Shown here: positions 7,192 to 12,580 of the stretch, piece after piece
Numbering within the stretch: position 1 is the stretch's first letter
How the letters are laid out: every line of letters starts with the position of its first letter
Origin: Paramicrosporidium saccamoebae KSL3
Taxonomy: Eukaryota; Fungi; Cryptomycota
Direction of reading: 5' to 3'
Assembly (NCBI GenBank): GCA_002794465.1
Contig: MTSL01000149.1
Span: 1-12,580 of the forward strand
DNA length: 12,580 nt
The notes under the pieces: generated by a model
What the model saw: the letters and a program-made list of their open reading frames with translations, nothing else
Databases searched by the model: none
Told to the model about the DNA's origin: nothing
Position numbers and translations under genes: made by a program

Positions 7192-8758
7192 ATGATTAGT
7201 GGTCTTTTGGTTTACTTGCGACGGGCTACAGGCCAGTATCCATTTGGCGACCTGGACGATGCAAAATGGCGAACTGAATTCGAGCAAATATTTGCAAGGG
7301 TCGACAAACCGCGCTTACTGGTAGAGTTTGTGCGGAGCGGCATCCCAAGCAGCCTCCGTGGCTGGACATGGTGTAAAATTCTGCAAACTAACAAAGTGCC
7401 AAGTACGAATTGATTGCTTTCTGACTTGTCGTATAGTGCATTTAAAGAACTTTCAGAGTGAGCTACAAAGATTGTTTGGAACGAGTTATCCAGAGCATTT
7501 TCAGCCACCATGCTTTGGAAGTCAGTTGGACCTGAAAGATATCCTCCATCTCTCAGAGTCGGAAAAGAACATTATCAACAAACTGCTTTGCATCGTTGGC
7601 GATACACATCCACAATTGGAATTCACCCCCTTGGTGCCGGCCATTGTGGCGGTCTTATCAAAGAGGCTGGAGCCAGATTCTGTCCTCGCATGCATGGCTG
7701 CTATGATTGAGGGCCACTCTATCCCGGCGTCTAAGAAGCAGGACTGGGCGTACTTTCCCCTGCATCGGCGCGACTACCTTGTCTTTGAGCGTGTTTTTGA
7801 AGATTTGCTGCATAATTATGTGCCAAAAGTGGCAAGACATGTAATGAAGGTACAGCTGCTGGTGCCCGAGTTTGTTCCGCCATGGGACAAAATATTGTCT
7901 TGCTTCCTGCTGGGCATCCTCCCTCGAGATATCATATTCCGCATCTTTGACATGTATCTAGTGGAGGGCTACAAGATGATTCTGCGATTTGCCATTGCGC
8001 ATGTTATCATTAGGCAAGGCGATGTTCTTGCCACTTCGAGTCCGACACACATTACCGAGTCGTTGCTGAAGCCTGTAAAATACTCCCCAGAGCTACTTGA
8101 AAAGTACCTCAAGACAACCATGTCAGTCAAGTTTGATCGCTCCATCATCCAGAGATACCGAAATAGACGGAGGAAACAGTCGATTGAAGATTTCGATGCC
8201 GAGGACAAGCTGTTGATTTTTCAAAGACCCCTTCCACAACTAAATAGACCATCCAGCTTCATGCGGGACGTGGACTGGACGGCACTCTGGAGCTGGATTC
8301 CCGCACGGTTTCGGCTTTTAAACCTCGATCTAGCATTTACAACGGCCGAGCATGGTCGACACATGTCAACGCTTGTGGAGAGATGCAGAAATAACGAACC
8401 CGTATTGCTATTGATCGAGACAATGTCCGGCAAGGTTCTCGGTGCGTTTGTATCAAAGGCCCTATCTTTTTCCCACGGACCTGCCTTTTACGGTACCGGG
8501 GAGACCTTTCTCTTTGGGATTAAACCCAAAGCTGTTAAATATGAATGGAAGATCAAGTCCGGGAGCACAGCCTTTATATGCATTACGGATACCTTTCTCG
8601 CTATGGGTTCCGGATCGGACTTTGGATTATGGGTTGATCGTTTCATGACGCAGGTCACCAGTGCATCCTCAGTGACCTTTGGCAACGAGCCGCTGCTTGA
8701 TCGCAACATTCCTGAAGATCTCCAAATCTACTGTATGGAGGCCTTTTTATTTGTATGA
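7192..8758 (+). CDS. TBC1D24: TBC + TLDc domain protein (TBC1D24/Skywalker-like); exons 7192-7402 and 7437-8758; 510 aa
   Basis: TBC start LVEFVRSGIPSSLRGWTW, then PQLEFTPLVPAIVAVL and RIFDMYLVEGYKMILRFAIA. TLDc domain LWSWIP...FTTAEHG...VLGAF...FYGTGETFLF...S.TFGNEPL...EAF. The 34-nt intron 7403-7436 (gtacga...tctgac...tag) joins the two ORF-track frames. Confidence 0.88.
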
Positions 8759-9307
8759 ACCGCGCAATATTGTTGAATGAAGAAGGTTTAGTTATTATGT
8801 GGCGCATTTGTCGTGTAGTCAGGAGGGAGGGGGAAAATACCTCATACTCTGCCACTGCTATTTATTCAGGAGCCAAGGGGTCGCGTAGTGGGGCTCATAC
8901 CACCAAACTTGTCAGGCGGGAAGGGGATTGGTTTACTGCTAATCCTATAACAGTATGGATACGCACCTCACTGTCCTCAAATACTCGGCTATCAATTCAC
9001 TCTAGCACATAAATATACATTTTCTCCAAACTAGGGAACTATCCTCAAATGCCCACCTAATCAATCCTTTACGTCACAAAGGGAATTAGTTTATCATCGA
9101 TTTGTAAGCCTATTTAGAGTTTCCTAAATTACCTGATAATAATCCTGAACTAGTGTCGATATCAATCTTCCACTCTACCACACACTATGCTATTTTTTAT
9201 AATAAACTATTATCCACTGCAATTCGATATACCTTCCAGATTGGGTAACAGTGTCATGCCAATGTATTTTGGCTTTATTAAGCGCGCCGAACACGCTCTC
9301 GGACAAC

Positions 9308-11605
9308 ATGGTAACCAAAGACCGACTCTCCGCCCTCGCTGGCCAGGTAAAACGAAATGACGAAGAATACGCACCTGATGGCAAATTTGTGGGTGGCCGT
9401 AACTCGGATGAGCGGGTCCCACAGAGGTAAACAAATTACGGAGCTTACCGAATAGTGGACGGCAGGACTTGGAGATGGAGCGTCGCAGTGCTTCCTTTGA
9501 TTCGCGTGAGATGAACTATTATGTCCATGGTGGAAAGCATGTCGTAGAGGTAATCCAAGGCGCAGTGAGCGACCTTTTAGCTCCGAGAAAAAATGCTTCA
9601 GCAATTTGAGCGTGATCCTCATTTCCGCGTCGATGACCATTACGACCTCACCAAAGATGAGCAGCGCAAGCGTGCCATGACCAGAGTACTATCATGTTAC
9701 GGAGCTGGATGGTTTAGCTGAGAAGCATGATTCAATTTGTGAATAACGAGTCTCCTAAGGACTTTACCCTTCGGCTGCAATTGCTCATTCTTGTCGATCC
9801 TGGATTCCTTACTCGTCTGGCGGTGCATTACGGATTGTTTTTGAACACTATTATGGGGCAGGGAACGCCTGAACAAGTTTCGTACTGGGTGGGCCGTGGG
9901 GCTGGCGACTTTAAGGGAATAATTGGATGCTATGCAATGACAGAACTTGGGTAATTATGGGAGGCCATTTCCTAAGCACGTAGGCATGGATCCAATGTCG
10001 CGGGAATTGAAACGACAGCAACATTTGATCACGAATCGGATGAATTTGTAATCCATACTCCTTCTTTGACTGCAACCAAGTGGTGGATCGGAGGAGCTGC
10101 TGAATCTGCCACGCATTCCACAGTCTTTGCGAATTTGGTGGTGGATGGAAAACGCTACGGAGTGAAGCCATTCGTCGTGCAGGTGCGTGATCCCGAGACT
10201 TTTGCCCTTCTCCCTGGCGTCACGATTGGAGACTGTGGGACTAAGATGGTGCCACAACCGGTCGTATTTTATCTTGTAGGGTCGGAATGCTATTGATAAT
10301 GGATGGATTCAATTCACTGACGTGAGGATCCCGCGTACCAACATGCTGATGAGATATACCAAGGTTACTCGTAAGGGCCTTGTCTCGGAGCCGCCAATGG
10401 CACAACTTGCCTATGGAGCCTTGATCTTTGGACGTGTTTCAATTGTCCGTGAAAGCGCCGAATGCGCAAAGAAGGCCGTGACCATTGCAATTCGTTATGG
10501 CTGTGTTCGTCGCCAATTTGGCGGCCATGGTGGCCTGGAGACTAAGATTATTGATTACCAAACCCATCAGCAACGTCTTATCCCATTACTCGCTCAGACT
10601 TTTGCAATCTCCTTCACTGCCATGGAAGTGGGGAGAATTTATGAGAATATCATGACTTTGTTAGAGCAAACCAAGCCGGGTGATCCTGACATGATGAAGA
10701 CGATTGATGCCCTGAAGGAGACTCATGCAACCTCGGCGGGGCTAAAGGCCTTGTGCACATGGAAGACTCTTGAAATGATTGAGCAATGTCGCCAGACGCT
10801 GGGCGGGCTGGGGTACAGCTCTTATGCTGGTCTTGCTTCGTTGTTCCAGGATTTCGCAGTGCAGTGCACTTGGGAGGGAGACAACACTGTCCTCACCCTG
10901 CAAACAGGAAGGTATCTGATCAACTGCGTGCGTGATCGCGCCAAGGGCAAAAAGCTGCCCAGCGGAGTTGGATACTTGAATCATATTCCTGGAATACTGA
11001 CAAAGACATGTTCTTATAGTGATCTTAGCGATTTAAGCGCTATTACAGAGGCATTCGACGTTACCACAGCCAACTTTGCTGTGAATGCTGCCAAAGCATA
11101 CAAAGACTTACTCTCGAAGGGTCTCTCTGAGGACGATGCGCAACTTCAGTGCGGAGTCCAAAAGTCTGCAGCAGCCAAGATTCACTGTCTCGGATATCTA
11201 TTCCATCGTTTCCGTGACGCCAGCAACAAAGCACCGAACGGGCTTAAGGCTGTTCTTGAAGACTTGTGTAAAATGTACGGTCTCTCTACCATCAAGGAGA
11301 ACGCAGGTGCCTTTCTACAATATGGCTATTTTAAGCCCTCTCAGATGAGCGACTTGGACAATAAGATATTGGAATTGTTTGCAAAGATCCGACCACAACT
11401 TGTCGCCCTCACTGACTCGCTTGGATTGACTGACTATGCCGTCAACTCTCCCTTGGGCTCATCCGATGGCGACGTGTATCGCCGAATGTTTGAACGCGTG
11501 ACTCACTGTAATCCGTATAAACAGCATCCGTACTTTGAAGATGTAATCAAGCCAGTGCTTCTGCGCACTGACACGGTGGTTGAAAAAATTAACATGAACG
11601 AATAG
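9308..11605 (+). CDS. ACOX: Acyl-CoA oxidase (peroxisomal type); exons 9308-9426, 9456-9549, 9581-9685, 9718-9950, 9984-10248, 10280-11605; 713 aa
   Basis: Five introns (29, 31, 32, 33, 31 nt) give a continuous frame with [20 protein letters not shown]|[29 protein letters not shown]|[31 protein letters not shown] and [10 protein letters not shown] (catalytic Glu motif). Confidence 0.95.
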
Positions 11606-11670
11606 TATTAATAACCCAAGGTATTAATGATGGCGACCTGCTGATCAATACATATGAATAATTATGAATT

Positions 11671-11751
11671 CTGGTGTGTCTGGGGTGTGTGTAATGTCTG
11701 GGGTTTTTGGGGCGTTTGAGGCGTTTGGAGTTTCTGTAATGTCTGGAGTGT
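11671..11751. repeat. Degenerate 9-nt tandem array, nine units, consensus approximately YTGGRGYGT
   Basis: ctggtgtgt ctggggtgt gtgtaatgt ctggggttt ttggggcgt ttgaggcgt ttggagttt ctgtaatgt ctggagtgt. Strongly G/T-skewed on the + strand. Confidence 0.85.
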
Positions 11752-11960
11752 AATTTCTGTGGCGCAATGTTTGTAGTAAATCCTTATTATTGGGCGTTTG
11801 ATCCAGAATATACTAGTCCTCACAAGAATAATTAAAGTAACTTGCGCCAAGTGGGAGTATGATAGGGTAAACTTCTTTACAAAAAAATGAGCCTCGTATC
11901 GGCTGGCCAATCCAAATACATACATAGGGATAGTGACCAGGCCTCAGAGTACGAGTGAAG

Positions 11961-12580
11961 ATGGAGATGCTTTTGGCGTTTAAAAGTAAAATGGAAAATT
12001 TGCTACAGAGTGTACCGTTGTTGACAAGAACTGTAAAGCAAGCAGAACCCAAAGTAACCCGCCGTGAAAAGAAGCAGAAGAAGAAGGAACACGTGCCTAT
12101 GAAACAAAAGGTTGTACGAGAGCCAAAGCGAGTTGGTTCGGCTACTCCGGCTGCAGCCGAGACAGTTCTCTTTAACAAGCTCGCCTTTACTGATGCAGAT
12201 ACTAAGGCGGCCAAGAAGAACCGAATGCCCAAAAACCCGAAACAAGCTCTAGCTGCCGTCGAGAGGAAGCGCGAAAAACTTTCGGCTCTCCGTGAACGTG
12301 ATCCGTCACTCGCCAAGGCTGCAGAGGGGAAGGATGCATGGTCCAAAGCCATCGACCGTGCCCAAGGAACCGTGGTTCGTGACGACCCTCGTCTGTTGAA
12401 GCGATCTCTCGCAAGAATGCAAAAGGAAAAGGAGCGAGGGAAGAAACGATGGGAGGAGCGAGTGGAAAAGGTGAAAGACGAAAAGCTTGCCAAGCAGAAG
12501 AAGAGAAAAGACAATATTGATGCAAGAAAGGCAGAGAAGAAGAGTGGCAAGAGCAAAAGCAAGGGAGCGGGAAAGGGAGC
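11961..12580 (+). CDS. SURF6: SURF6/RRP14 nucleolar ribosome-biogenesis protein, 3' end runs off the window
   Basis: Open frame from ATG 11961 to the window end (absent from the ORF track, presumably because it has no stop). Lys/Arg-rich, with the SURF6 motif DAWSKAIDRAQGTVVRDDPRLLKRSLARMQKEKERGKKRWEERVEKV...QKKRKDNI. Confidence 0.88.
   Translation, partial: MEMLLAFKSKMENLLQSVPLLTRTVKQAEPKVTRREKKQKKKEHVPMKQKVVREPKRVGSATPAAAETVLFNKLAFTDADTKAAKKNRMPKNPKQALAAVERKREKLSALRERDPSLAKAAEGKDAWSKAIDRAQGTVVRDDPRLLKRSLARMQKEKERGKKRWEERVEKVKDEKLAKQKKRKDNIDARKAEKKSGKSKSKGAGKG

Noticed and set aside
305-8758. A functional vesicle-trafficking cluster of two VAMPs plus TBC1D24 (Skywalker controls synaptobrevin sorting in flies)
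   Set aside because: Four unrelated housekeeping genes intervene, and there is no shared regulatory motif or synteny evidence.
8890-8898. GGGGCTCAT resembling the RNase MRP CR-V element
   Set aside because: There is no upstream GAAAGTCCCC-like CR-I partner to form helix P4.
8908-8941. LVRREGDWFTA resembling bacterial HicB N-termini
   Set aside because: The resemblance covers only about 10 residues of a generic beta-hairpin, and the rest of the HicB fold is absent.
8857-9309. Minus-strand multi-exon model (…LQIDDKLIPFVT-SLVWRK-SEYLRTVS-SKPIPFPPDKFG…) using candidate introns 9072-9039, 9018-8989 and 8966-8939, with an ATG overlapping the ACOX ATG at CATG 9307-9310
   Set aside because: It needs 20- and 22-nt exons plus extra introns of 23 and 43 nt, outside the observed range. 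GT/TAG pairs of the right size are expected by chance in AT-rich DNA, and no family is recognisable.
11603-11611. Stop-codon readthrough generating a cryptic PTS1 on ACOX
   Set aside because: TAG is followed by TAT TAA, which adds only Tyr and no SKL-like tripeptide.
11887-11933. Upstream ATG with a 32-nt GTA...TAG intron candidate (11896-11927) as an alternative SURF6 first exon
   Set aside because: Splicing yields MSLG followed by a stop, and no nearby acceptor joins it to the SURF6 frame.
11813-12562. 249-aa minus-strand Phe/Leu/Ser-rich ORF
   Set aside because: It is the mirror of the Lys/Glu-rich SURF6 frame on the + strand.

Overview
A very compact eukaryotic genomic window; no prokaryotic, mobile-element, CRISPR, tRNA or rRNA signal was found. 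It holds nine recognisable protein-coding genes, all on the + strand: two tandem synaptobrevin-type R-SNAREs, SNRNP27, cytosolic Hsp90 (with a perfect heat-shock element and TATA box), a 6-exon malonyl-CoA decarboxylase, makorin, a TBC1D24-like TBC+TLDc protein, a 6-exon acyl-CoA oxidase and a 3'-truncated SURF6/RRP14. Rebuilding the genes by hand requires 13 GT-AG introns, all 28-34 nt long. That size, plus intergenic gaps as short as 26 nt, suggests a reduced opisthokont genome such as an early-diverging fungal relative (inference only; not identifiable from this window). The best leads are: (1) a degenerate 5' splice site (little beyond GTA, +5G in only 2 of 13) in a genome whose SNRNP27 has lost its conserved Met141-equivalent; (2) a 73-nt-period duplication of the MCD 3' end that equals a 39-nt coding repeat plus a 34-nt intron-sized spacer; (3) an unexplained 9-nt tandem array after ACOX; (4) an orphan ORF with a synonymously repeated VRREG motif. 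I did not find a convincing novel multi-gene system. All gene models were read by eye and need RNA-seq confirmation.
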